Below, in pieces: positions 1 through 8,627 of a stretch of 64,000 bases of DNA. The DNA lies in NCBI GenBank assembly GCA_946409545.1, contig CAMJWT010000005.1:9708-73707 (forward strand), given 5' to 3'. The notes below the pieces were generated by a model. The model worked only from the letters and a program-made list of their open reading frames with translations, was not told where the DNA came from and made no database searches. This stretch comes from an uncultured Clostridia bacterium. GTDB taxonomy: Bacteria > Bacillota_I > Bacilli_A > RF39 > UBA660. The first letter of the stretch is position 1, and every line of letters starts with the position of its first letter. Position numbers and translations under genes: made by a program.

Positions 1-2334
1 TTCTTTTGTATAATTATATTTAAATAAATCACGATAGAATGTATTACCAATACCTTCCATATTAAATGGTGAGATAATACCTAGTTTATTGTCATAAATA
101 AACTTCTCTTTTAAATCACTTGTATTAAAAGCACTTGTTAACCCTGGAAAATAACATATATGATATTCAAGACCTTTAGATTTATGAATCGTCATTATCT
201 TAACACTTGTATTATCATCTTTCGATAAAGAGAATTTAATATCACTATCATTTTCAAAAATCTTATCTAAATAATTAACAAAGTCTAAATAAGTATAACC
301 TAAAGTATTAAGATTACTACATAAATCATATAAATAATCAATCTTAATATAATTATCTTTAATATCACCTATTTTAATAATTTTATTATATATATTAAAT
401 TCATTAATGATTTCATCAAAAATATCTGTTAATGATTTAGAATTTATATTAATACTTATTTTTTCAATAATCTTCATTATTTCTGTATCATTAAAAGAAT
501 CATTTTTTATAACATTAAATAGATAATCATCATCATATTCAAATAAGAAACTTCTTCCAATTGATAAAAATGAATAAGTTAGTTCTTCTTTCGTTTTCTT
601 ATTAACATAAATATCTAATAATTTATAAATATTTTTAATTACTAATAATAAATTACTACTAGTTAATTGTTCATCTCTAAAAATTGATAATGGTATTTGT
701 TCATATAAAAATATTTTTTTGTATAAATCAAAATTAGTACTACGATCTATTAAAATACAAAAATCATTAAAAGTAACATCACGTAAGATATTTAAGTCTT
801 TATCAAATACTTGATAGTGATTACTAACTTTATTTTTAATATCCTTAGCGATTATAAAAGCTTCTATTTCATGACGTTTATAACCTAATTCTTTATCATA
901 TGGATAAGTATATATTTCCATATTATAATTTTGATTAGTTTTACCTTCATTATCATAACTAATATTACCCGCAACCATACGATGTGATTCTGTATAGTTA
1001 GCTCCACCAATATAATCATCCATAATATAGTCAAAGATTAAATTAACATTATCAAGAACTTCTTTTCGGGATCTAAAGTTTTTAAGCAAATCAATTTTTA
1101 ATCCACCATCACCAGTTGAATAATTATTATACTTACTTCTAAAAATATCAGGGTTAGCGTTTCTAAAACGATAAATTGATTGTTTGATATCACCAACCAT
1201 ATAGATATTATTATTACCAATTAAGTTAATAAAATATTCTTGTAAATCGTTAGTATCTTGATATTCATCAACAAGTATTTCTTTAAAATAATCACGTAGT
1301 TCAAGTCTTATATTTTCATTTTCTTCGACTACTTTAATTGCAAGTTTACTAATATCTATAAAATCATATAAATCATTATTAAATTTAAATTCATTTATTT
1401 TATTATTAAGTTTTCGAATTAAAATTATTAATTCATTAACATAATCTTTAGTTAATAAATATGTATCAATTAATTCTTCTTCACTACTATATTTGGTATA
1501 CTCCCTAATTTCTTTTAATAAGTCACTAATTATACCTTTTTTATTTTTAACTATTTCTTCACTATTTTTAGGAAGATTAGGAAGTTTATCTGGAATACTA
1601 TTTTTTATTGATAAATAATCATTACTATTAATTAAATTATTTAATGAATCTAATAACTTACTATAATAATCACCATCAACATATAAAGAAATATCTGATA
1701 AATTATTATTTATTTCATTAATCTTTCCTTTAATAATTGAAACATAATCTATTAAATTATTTTTAATATTATCAAGATTATAGAAATTATCTAAATATGT
1801 GTCTAGATAATTATCCATATCATATTTCATATTTAATTTATCTAATAAATTTAAGATTGTTTTTTTAATTAATTTATCATCTTTAACACAAAAGTCACTT
1901 ATTAATTTTGTTAATAAAGGATCTCGCTTTTCATACTCTTCTTCAAGTAATTCATCAAGTAACTCTGATACTTTAATCTTTAAAATATTTTCATCAATAA
2001 TATTAATATTACGACTAACATTTAATAAATGATGATACTTTTTAACAAGAGATAATGAATAACTATCAAAAGTTGTTATAAAACTACTATCTATTAGATT
2101 AACTTGTTCAACTAAATTATTTTTAACAAGTTTCTTTCTTATTCTTCGCTTCATTTCTTCAGCTGCTGCTCTTGTAAAAGTTAGAATAAGCATCTCATTA
2201 ATAGGTATACCACTTTTAACATGTTCAAGTACTCTTTCTGATAATACTAATGTTTTACCAGATCCAGCTCCAGCAGAAACAATAATGTTTTTACCAGTTT
2301 CATAAATTGCATCATTCTGTTCCTTCGTCCACAT
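1..2334 (-). CDS. addA: ATP-dependent helicase/nuclease subunit A (AddA/RexA), N-terminal part; the 3' end runs off the left edge
   Basis: The minus-strand ATG at 2334-2332 gives MWTKEQNDAIYETGKNIIVSAGAGSGKTLVLSERVLEH, with a UvrD-type Walker A. It overlaps the addB stop by 23 nt. The track lists no competing ORF in 1-2311, consistent with one frame open to the edge, though I did not check this codon by codon. Confidence 0.8.
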   Translation of the reverse strand, partial: MWTKEQNDAIYETGKNIIVSAGAGSGKTLVLSERVLEHVKSGIPINEMLILTFTRAAAEEMKRRIRKKLVKNNLVEQVNLIDSSFITTFDSYSLSLVKKYHHLLNVSRNINIIDENILKIKVSELLDELLEEEYEKRDPLLTKLISDFCVKDDKLIKKTILNLLDKLNMKYDMDNYLDTYLDNFYNLDNIKNNLIDYVSIIKGKINEINNNLSDISLYVDGDYYSKLLDSLNNLINSNDYLSIKNSIPDKLPNLPKNSEEIVKNKKGIISDLLKEIREYTKYSSEEELIDTYLLTKDYVNELIILIRKLNNKINEFKFNNDLYDFIDISKLAIKVVEENENIRLELRDYFKEILVDEYQDTNDLQEYFINLIGNNNIYMVGDIKQSIYRFRNANPDIFRSKYNNYSTGDGGLKIDLLKNFRSRKEVLDNVNLIFDYIMDDYIGGANYTESHRMVAGNISYDNEGKTNQNYNMEIYTYPYDKELGYKRHEIEAFIIAKDIKNKVSNHYQVFDKDLNILRDVTFNDFCILIDRSTNFDLYKKIFLYEQIPLSIFRDEQLTSSNLLLVIKNIYKLLDIYVNKKTKEELTYSFLSIGRSFLFEYDDDYLFNVIKNDSFNDTEIMKIIEKISININSKSLTDIFDEIINEFNIYNKIIKIGDIKDNYIKIDYLYDLCSNLNTLGYTYLDFVNYLDKIFENDSDIKFSLSKDDNTSVKIMTIHKSKGLEYHICYFPGLTSAFNTSDLKEKFIYDNKLGIISPFNMEGIGNTFYRDLFKYNYTKE

Positions 2335-4651
2335 TAGTCTCACCTTCTAACTTTATATATTCTTTATTCTTTTCAGAAAGATAACATATATCTTTATATT
2401 TACAGAATTCACAAGAAACATTAACATCATTAACAATTTTAGGATTAATTGGAAATTCTGCATCTAGTATTAAGTCTGTACCTTTTTTTATATTATCATC
2501 AACAATATCAACAATCTTTTTAAATTCATCACTTGATAATATTTTCGAATTACTTGTAAACTCACCATCTTTTTTAAGTTTTAATCCTTTAATCATTTCA
2601 CTATTTTCATAACTACTATCAAAGATACTTAAATACTCTTTATTATTTAAACTATAACCACATAGTTTTAAATTATCTTTCTTTAATTCAAGATAACTCT
2701 TCTTATCATCTCTTTTGATTTCATTATCTAAAATATGTTGTAGATAAAAGCCTACGATAACAGGGTTATCAAATAACTTACTCTTCTCAATTAAGTATAA
2801 ATACACAGGTAGTTGCATAGATAAACCAAGAGGCAATTTAGATAAATTAATATCAATATTCCCTGTTTTATAATCAATAATACTAACTAATGTTTTATCA
2901 TTATAAACATCATACATAATCTTATCAACAAAACCTTTAAAATATACTAAAGGACTATCTTTAATTAATATTTGAATCTTTTCTTCAAACATTTCTTTAT
3001 TTAAACCTGTTAATAATTGATATTCTTTTAATACTTTTAAAATAAATTCTAAATCAGGTTTTAATTTATCAATAAAGAATTTTTCTTTGTTACTAAATTC
3101 ATACTTTGATACAAAATTGTTATAGCATTCATCTAAGTTAAAATTATCATCATTTTTATGACTTAATACATCATGAAATAAACTACCTATTCTCGTTGAA
3201 AATGTTTCATCATATAAATCAATATCAAGAATATTTGTTAAATAATATTTAAAACCACATTTATAATAACTATCAATACTACTATAAGATAATGTTAACT
3301 TATTATCTAAATATTCAATTAATGATTCTTTATTAATCTTATTGTAACTATTATCATATGATAAATAATTAAGTTTACCATAAGAACTATATAATCGATT
3401 AATATCTTCACTAAATAATCCATATTTAATAAAATTATCAATTTTATCAATATATCTTACTTTATTATAATCTTCACTATAATCATAATTAGATTCATAT
3501 TCAATTTCTTTTATCTTCATATCATCTAAAAGAGTTGATGGATAAAAAGATGCAAAAGGACTTTGATCTTTATAAGAAATATAAAGATTCTTAATATTCG
3601 ATAAATACGCTAGAGTATTATTTTTAGATAACATATTTAATTCATTAGAATTAGACATGTTAACAAGATCTTTTATATTATCTGTAATATAATCAATATC
3701 ATTATAAATAGTAGGTATAGTACCATTATTAAAACCTATTAAGAAAACATATTTACTATCATCAATATAATTAAATAAATCAACAAAATTTAAAACATTA
3801 TTATATTTAATAGAAGGTAGTTTTGTATTTAATAAATCATCATAAATAAGTTCTTTAACATCATATAAATTAGTATCATTATATTTATTTAAAATATTAA
3901 CTAAAACACCATATAAGCCACTTTCATTATCAAGCTTATTAAATATTTCTTCTCTATCTTTTTGATCAACAATCATTTGATAAAAGTCTTTAACTATGGT
4001 TGTACCCATAATACTATCATTATTAATATTAGAAATAGGAATATGATAAAACTTACTAAATCTTTTTAAATAAGAATAGTATTCACTAGTTACATTCATT
4101 AAATAAATATCATTAATACTAATACCTTTTTTAATTAAATCAACAATGGTATTAAAAACAAATTCTAATTCACTATTAATATCATCAAAATGATATATAT
4201 TATATTCTTTATCAATAAGTTTATATGGAATAATAGTTGCTTTAGAAAACATATTATTATTAAATTTATCTAACTTTCCATAACCGTAAACAACAGTGTT
4301 CCAATTTAAATATTTTTTAAATAAAGGATTATAAATTAAAAGATTATTACTATCTAATTCTTTTTTTATAGAAACTAAATAATCTAGTTTTTCATTATTA
4401 TATTTCTTATCACTAACATAATATAAATTTTCGATTAACTCTTTAGCGTTAGGTACCTTTAATCGATATTTATCTACTAAATAATCAATTGCATGATAAT
4501 CATAATCAAACAATAAATTCTTTTTATATTCATTTATTGTCATAAACTTAAGATTAATAATTAATTTATTTTTTGTTAAATAATCTAATATATTATTTTT
4601 ATAATCTAATGGACATATTATTAAAGTTTCATCCTTTACAAAATCAAACAT
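2312..4651 (-). CDS. addB: Helicase/nuclease subunit B (AddB-type, short form with Fe-S nuclease domain)
   Basis: 779-aa ORF. The C-terminus has a RecB-like nuclease motif (IIDYKTG) and four Cys arranged C...CxxCxxxxxC (YYKCGFKYY; SCEFCKYKDIC), as in AddB Fe-S domains. It is translationally coupled to addA. Confidence 0.8.
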   Translation of the reverse strand: MFDFVKDETLIICPLDYKNNILDYLTKNKLIINLKFMTINEYKKNLLFDYDYHAIDYLVDKYRLKVPNAKELIENLYYVSDKKYNNEKLDYLVSIKKELDSNNLLIYNPLFKKYLNWNTVVYGYGKLDKFNNNMFSKATIIPYKLIDKEYNIYHFDDINSELEFVFNTIVDLIKKGISINDIYLMNVTSEYYSYLKRFSKFYHIPISNINNDSIMGTTIVKDFYQMIVDQKDREEIFNKLDNESGLYGVLVNILNKYNDTNLYDVKELIYDDLLNTKLPSIKYNNVLNFVDLFNYIDDSKYVFLIGFNNGTIPTIYNDIDYITDNIKDLVNMSNSNELNMLSKNNTLAYLSNIKNLYISYKDQSPFASFYPSTLLDDMKIKEIEYESNYDYSEDYNKVRYIDKIDNFIKYGLFSEDINRLYSSYGKLNYLSYDNSYNKINKESLIEYLDNKLTLSYSSIDSYYKCGFKYYLTNILDIDLYDETFSTRIGSLFHDVLSHKNDDNFNLDECYNNFVSKYEFSNKEKFFIDKLKPDLEFILKVLKEYQLLTGLNKEMFEEKIQILIKDSPLVYFKGFVDKIMYDVYNDKTLVSIIDYKTGNIDINLSKLPLGLSMQLPVYLYLIEKSKLFDNPVIVGFYLQHILDNEIKRDDKKSYLELKKDNLKLCGYSLNNKEYLSIFDSSYENSEMIKGLKLKKDGEFTSNSKILSSDEFKKIVDIVDDNIKKGTDLILDAEFPINPKIVNDVNVSCEFCKYKDICYLSEKNKEYIKLEGETNVDEGTE

Positions 4652-4708
4652 ATTATCACCATATTAATTATAATATATCTAAAAATATTAATAAAGATTT
4701 TTACATTG

Positions 4709-4717
4709 TGTTATAAT
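4709..4717 (+). promoter_or_regulatory. Extended -10 promoter element (TGtTATAAT) for the 4737 gene
   Basis: TGTTATAAT lies 20 nt upstream of an AGGAGG RBS and the ATG at 4737, in the divergent intergenic region shared with addB. Confidence 0.4.
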
Positions 4718-4736
4718 AGATATGATAGGAGGACAT

Positions 4737-5057
4737 ATGTATAACAATCCAAGTGTTCCGCCAACACCAGTTTATGGACCAAATGTTCCTGTTCAACCTG
4801 TTTATGGAGGGCAACCAGTATATCAAGATACAACTCCACTTTCTGCATGGGCTTATGTAGGATATATGGTTTTATTTGCCATTCCCCTTGTCGGTTTTAT
4901 AATGATGTTAGTTTTCGCTTTTGGTGATGGAAACATCAATCGTAAAAACTTTGCAAGAGGTTATTTAATACTAGGTTTAATTGGATTTGTAATTGGATTC
5001 ATTATGGTTTTGGCATTTGGAGCTTCAATTAACGAACTATTTAGCGAATATTTATAA
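4737..5057 (+). CDS. Small membrane protein with a Pro/Tyr-rich N-tail and two predicted TM helices
   Basis: I trimmed the ORF to MYNNPSVPP because an AGGAGG RBS sits 5 nt upstream. Two hydrophobic stretches are present (WAYVGYMVLFAIPLVGFIMMLVFAF; YLILGLIGFVIGFIMVLAF). Confidence 0.6.
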   Translation: MYNNPSVPPTPVYGPNVPVQPVYGGQPVYQDTTPLSAWAYVGYMVLFAIPLVGFIMMLVFAFGDGNINRKNFARGYLILGLIGFVIGFIMVLAFGASINELFSEYL

Positions 5058-5083
5058 AAAAAGAGCTTTCTAGCTCTTTTTTT
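5056..5083. terminator. Bidirectional intrinsic terminator between convergent genes
   Basis: Hairpin AAGAGCT-ttct-AGCTCTT (5061-5078), flanked by an A-run on the left and a T-run on the right. Confidence 0.6.
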
Positions 5084-5540
5084 CATTTTCATGTAATATT
5101 AAACTTTCATATAATAAATCAACAATATAATTACTATATTCAAGGTTATATTTTTTTATTAAATTATTAATTAAATCATCTGAATAATCCATATCTAAGT
5201 AATTAGCGATGGATTCTTTTTTATTTTTAACTTTACTTAAATAACTATTAGTATACTTATTATCAAGAATAAGTAATGGTAAATTCTTACTCCATTTCAT
5301 AAATTCTTTTATTATTTCATCTTTTTCATTAACATAAATAAATTTATCATTATCATAACTAATTAAATCTACTAAATCTTTATTAGTTATTAAATCATTA
5401 TTAAGACGATAATCAAAACGATCTATTAAATTAAATCCTTTAAGTTTCAAAGCAGATAGTTGAATAATATCCCCTTTTGATGAATCACTATGAGTTGGTA
5501 TTATTTCTACAATTATATATTTATCTTTATTAATATTCAT
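5070..5540 (-). CDS. Hypothetical protein, possibly a degenerate DnaQ/DEDD exonuclease fold
   Basis: YIIVEIIPTHSDSSKGDIIQLSALKLKG and LLILDNKYTNSYL resemble Exo I and Exo III of epsilon-like exonucleases, but the first acidic residue of DxE is Val. It overlaps the upstream dUTPase gene by 11 nt. Confidence 0.35.
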   Translation of the reverse strand: MNINKDKYIIVEIIPTHSDSSKGDIIQLSALKLKGFNLIDRFDYRLNNDLITNKDLVDLISYDNDKFIYVNEKDEIIKEFMKWSKNLPLLILDNKYTNSYLSKVKNKKESIANYLDMDYSDDLINNLIKKYNLEYSNYIVDLLYESLILHENEKKS

Positions 5541-6009
5541 TTAATAGCCTCTCCGTATCTTTATTTATTTTTGATAAACAAGCTTCTACTAATTCATCAC
5601 TTGTAATATCAAGTTTATTAGTTAAATTAACTAATTGAAATAAAATCTCTTTTAATGAATTAATATCATCACTAAAATATAGATTACTAGCAAGATTAAA
5701 CATACGCGCAAAAGTATCATTAATATCACCTGATATTGGATAATCTAAATCATTTAATTCTAGATTGTAATAATGATATAAACATAAAGTCATAATTATG
5801 CAATCTGCATACTCTTCAAGGACTAATTCTTTATTCATTTTTTTCTTTGTCCAATATTTAAAACATTTAGTCTCATTAGCAAATTCTGCTATTTCAACAA
5901 TAAGTTCTAACTTATTCTTTTTAAACATATCTTTATCACTATTAAATTTATTAATAAAGATATCATCTAATTCATTATTTTTTTGATAAACATCTAATAA
6001 AAATTTCAT
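5530..6009 (-). CDS. Dimeric (all-alpha) dUTP diphosphatase family protein
   Basis: LELIVEIAEFANETKCFKYW ... LEEYADCIIMTL matches the dUTPase_2 / dimeric dUTPase metal-binding helices. Length is 159 aa. Confidence 0.65.
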   Translation of the reverse strand: MKFLLDVYQKNNELDDIFINKFNSDKDMFKKNKLELIVEIAEFANETKCFKYWTKKKMNKELVLEEYADCIIMTLCLYHYYNLELNDLDYPISGDINDTFARMFNLASNLYFSDDINSLKEILFQLVNLTNKLDITSDELVEACLSKINKDTERLLNEY

Positions 6010-6035
6010 ATAAACCTCTTTGTTAATATAACATA

Positions 6036-6058
6036 AAAGAGTGACTAAGTCACTCTTT
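6036..6058 (-). terminator. Intrinsic terminator after surface protein A
   Basis: 10-bp hairpin AAAGAGTGAC-taa-GTCACTCTTT immediately 3' of the stop at 6060. A U-rich tail follows on the minus strand. Confidence 0.65.
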
Positions 6059-6059
6059 A

Positions 6060-8528
6060 TTATTTATTTACTACAACAGAATCCTCATTTGATTTAGTGC
6101 CATTACTATCAATAGCTAGTACTTTCAAATAATGTCCATTAACTGACATAATATAGAAATCAAATTTTGTACCACTTAAATCATCAAAATAATAAGTTTT
6201 GTTGTATCCACTACTAGAATTATAAGTATAACCACTACCAACTTTTAGATCAAAATGTTTTGTAATTCTTGTAGCATTACTTGTATTAATTGTACAAGCA
6301 CTTGAAGTATCAGATTCACAGAAGTAAACACGGCTTATACTATTATTACTCTTTACTCTGTAACCAACGCCACGAATAGTTGTCCATGATGGATAATAAC
6401 CATACCATCTTCCCCAATCAACTGTAAATCCAGAAGAAGGTGGTGGAGTTTGACCTCCACTTCCACAATTACTACTTGAAGTTATTGTAGATTGATATAC
6501 ATATCCTGATTTACCCATGTAACTACCCCATACTTGACCACCATTGTGAACGAAGCAACCTTGATTACCTCTATTAATGTATGAAGTACATGCATTTTGT
6601 CCATATTGTGTAGATACGGTATAACCACCGCCACTAGTTCCCCAGCGACATTGACCGCTACCATTACAATAACATGCATTTGTTTGTGCTGGAGGTGTAG
6701 AAGGTGAAGTAGAACAACTACTACTTGATGTTATATGAGATACATAAGTATATCCTGATTTACCCATATAACTACCCCATACAAGACTACCATTATATGT
6801 AAAGCAACCTTGATTACCTCTATTTACATATGCACTACATTCATTTAATCCATATTGAGTATATGTTGTATAGCCACCACCACTAGTAGCCCAACGACAT
6901 TGACCACTGCCATTACAATAACAAGCCGTTGTTTGAGCTGGTGGTGTTGGTGTATTAACTTTAATATTTACATATCTTGTTAAGACTGCACCATCTTTTC
7001 CTTTATAACTTGCTTGAGCCATAAAGACTGTTATACCATTTTGACTAAATGTGAATGGACCACTATATATAATATTAGGAGTACAACTGCTCTTTGTACC
7101 ATATGTATAATAACAATATTTTATTGTGTCATAATTTCCACTACCACTTATAGTTAAAGTTGGATATGAAGTACGTTCATTTTTTAAAGCATTATCATAT
7201 GATGTTTGAATAGCATTATTATTACTTGTTATTTTTACAGTACCAACACTAGTATCTCCACCACCGCTAGGACTTCCTCCACCACCTGGATCACTAGGTG
7301 TTGATGGCTTATTAACATTAAATTTAATATTTGTACTAACACTTGGATTACTTACAGAAGATACTTTAACAGTTGCACTTCCACTATTTAAAGCACGTAC
7401 ATAACCAGTTGTATCAACTGATATTACTGATGTATTACTTGATGAATATTTAAGTTCTTGATTTGTTGCATTAGCTGGATTTACAACTGCAAGTATTTGA
7501 TGCGTATCACCAACATTTAAATTAACAAGTGTATCAGTAGCAGTAATACTTTTAACTGGTACATCTTTAGCATTAACACGAACAGTTGTTGTTGATAAAA
7601 CACCACCACAAGAAAGGGTTACTTTAGCTTCCCCAGCTCCTACTGCAGTTAAGTTTCCATATTCATCAACAGTAACAACACTAGTATTATTACTAGACCA
7701 TTCAATAAATTTTAAAGTTGCATTAGTTGGTAAATATGTATACTCAGCTTTTTTCTTTTCACCTTCAACTAAATTATATTCATTATTTTTTATCATTAAT
7801 GATGAAGGAAGTAAATAAATTCCTGGTGTTACTTGTTTATCAATAACATTTACCGTTATTGTTGCTGTCATTGATTCATTTAATTCGACACGAACAGTAC
7901 TAGAGCCAATACTAACAGCATTTAATTCACCCGTTTCTTTTTCAACACGAACAACATTTTCATTCGTTGATGAATATTTAACAGATGATACCATCGCATT
8001 ACTAGGTGTCTTTTGATAATTAAGCGTATATTTACTATTTGGTGACATCACAACAGTACCATCTTTGAAACTAACTGATACTAAATTAACACCTGCTTGT
8101 CCTTCAAAAACAGTTACTTCACAAGTTTGTGAATAAGCTTTTTTATTTCGATCAGTATAAGTAGCTGTTATTGTTGCTTTACCTCTTGATACACCACGTA
8201 CTAAACCATGATCAACAGTAGCAACATTAGTATCACTACTACTCCAAGATACATCTGGATTAGAATTATTATTAACTTTTAATTCTAATTGAACAGATTT
8301 ACTAACACCAACATTTTCTGTTGTTGATGATATTGTAACTTCTGTATCAGTAGGACTAGTTGATCTACTACTACCTCCAAATATTAACATTAAAATTATT
8401 AATAATATTATTCCGCCTAAAACCCATACTAACTTTTTATTTTCTTCATAAAAAGTCATAAAACTATTTGACGAAGAATTACCACTATCATCGTCATAAT
8501 CTTCTAAATAATCTTCATCATCGTTCAT
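6060..8528 (-). CDS. Large surface protein A: acidic N-tail, one TM, Big_2 Ig-like repeats, two tandem six-Cys modules
   Basis: I trimmed the ORF to the ATG at 8528 (GGGTGA RBS). The TM is LVWVLGGIILLIILMLIFGG. Repeated Big_2 signatures are present (W.SS(D/N)..VATVD..G.V..VS.G.ATITA). A G/S/P linker is followed by a two-Cys module (IKYCYYTYGTKSSCTP) and then 2 x CYCNGSGQCRW...RGNQGCF...WGSYMGKSGY...C. There is no LPXTG. Confidence 0.75.
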   Translation of the reverse strand: MNDDEDYLEDYDDDSGNSSSNSFMTFYEENKKLVWVLGGIILLIILMLIFGGSSRSTSPTDTEVTISSTTENVGVSKSVQLELKVNNNSNPDVSWSSSDTNVATVDHGLVRGVSRGKATITATYTDRNKKAYSQTCEVTVFEGQAGVNLVSVSFKDGTVVMSPNSKYTLNYQKTPSNAMVSSVKYSSTNENVVRVEKETGELNAVSIGSSTVRVELNESMTATITVNVIDKQVTPGIYLLPSSLMIKNNEYNLVEGEKKKAEYTYLPTNATLKFIEWSSNNTSVVTVDEYGNLTAVGAGEAKVTLSCGGVLSTTTVRVNAKDVPVKSITATDTLVNLNVGDTHQILAVVNPANATNQELKYSSSNTSVISVDTTGYVRALNSGSATVKVSSVSNPSVSTNIKFNVNKPSTPSDPGGGGSPSGGGDTSVGTVKITSNNNAIQTSYDNALKNERTSYPTLTISGSGNYDTIKYCYYTYGTKSSCTPNIIYSGPFTFSQNGITVFMAQASYKGKDGAVLTRYVNIKVNTPTPPAQTTACYCNGSGQCRWATSGGGYTTYTQYGLNECSAYVNRGNQGCFTYNGSLVWGSYMGKSGYTYVSHITSSSSCSTSPSTPPAQTNACYCNGSGQCRWGTSGGGYTVSTQYGQNACTSYINRGNQGCFVHNGGQVWGSYMGKSGYVYQSTITSSSNCGSGGQTPPPSSGFTVDWGRWYGYYPSWTTIRGVGYRVKSNNSISRVYFCESDTSSACTINTSNATRITKHFDLKVGSGYTYNSSSGYNKTYYFDDLSGTKFDFYIMSVNGHYLKVLAIDSNGTKSNEDSVVVNK
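6465..6923 (-). repeat. Two tandem 210-nt coding copies (the 70-aa six-Cys module), separated by a 39-nt ST/P linker
   Basis: 6714-6923 and 6465-6674 both begin at ACAATAACA (CYC on the minus strand) and end at a Cys codon. The peptides CYCNGSGQCRWATSGGGYT.. and CYCNGSGQCRWGTSGGGYT.. are near-identical. Confidence 0.8.
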
Positions 8529-8592
8529 AACAATCACCCAAGATAATTATACTTTTTATATAGTAAATTTGCAATAATAATTGGATTTAAAA

Positions 8593-8616
8593 AAAGAGAA
8601 AAATTAATTTCTCTTT
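8593..8616 (-). terminator. Intrinsic terminator after surface protein B
   Basis: Hairpin AAAGAGAAA-aattaa-TTTCTCTTT just 3' of the stop at 8628, followed by a U-run on the minus strand. Confidence 0.6.
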
Positions 8617-8627
8617 TTTATATTTCT

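Noticed and set aside
6482-6679. Track ORFs nested inside the Cys-rich modules on the same strand but in another frame (6482-6679 in gene A; 13325-13663 in gene C).
   Set aside because: They lie entirely within much longer ORFs that have clear domain structure and paralog support. Their peptides are low-complexity (H/V/M-rich) with no start-site signals.
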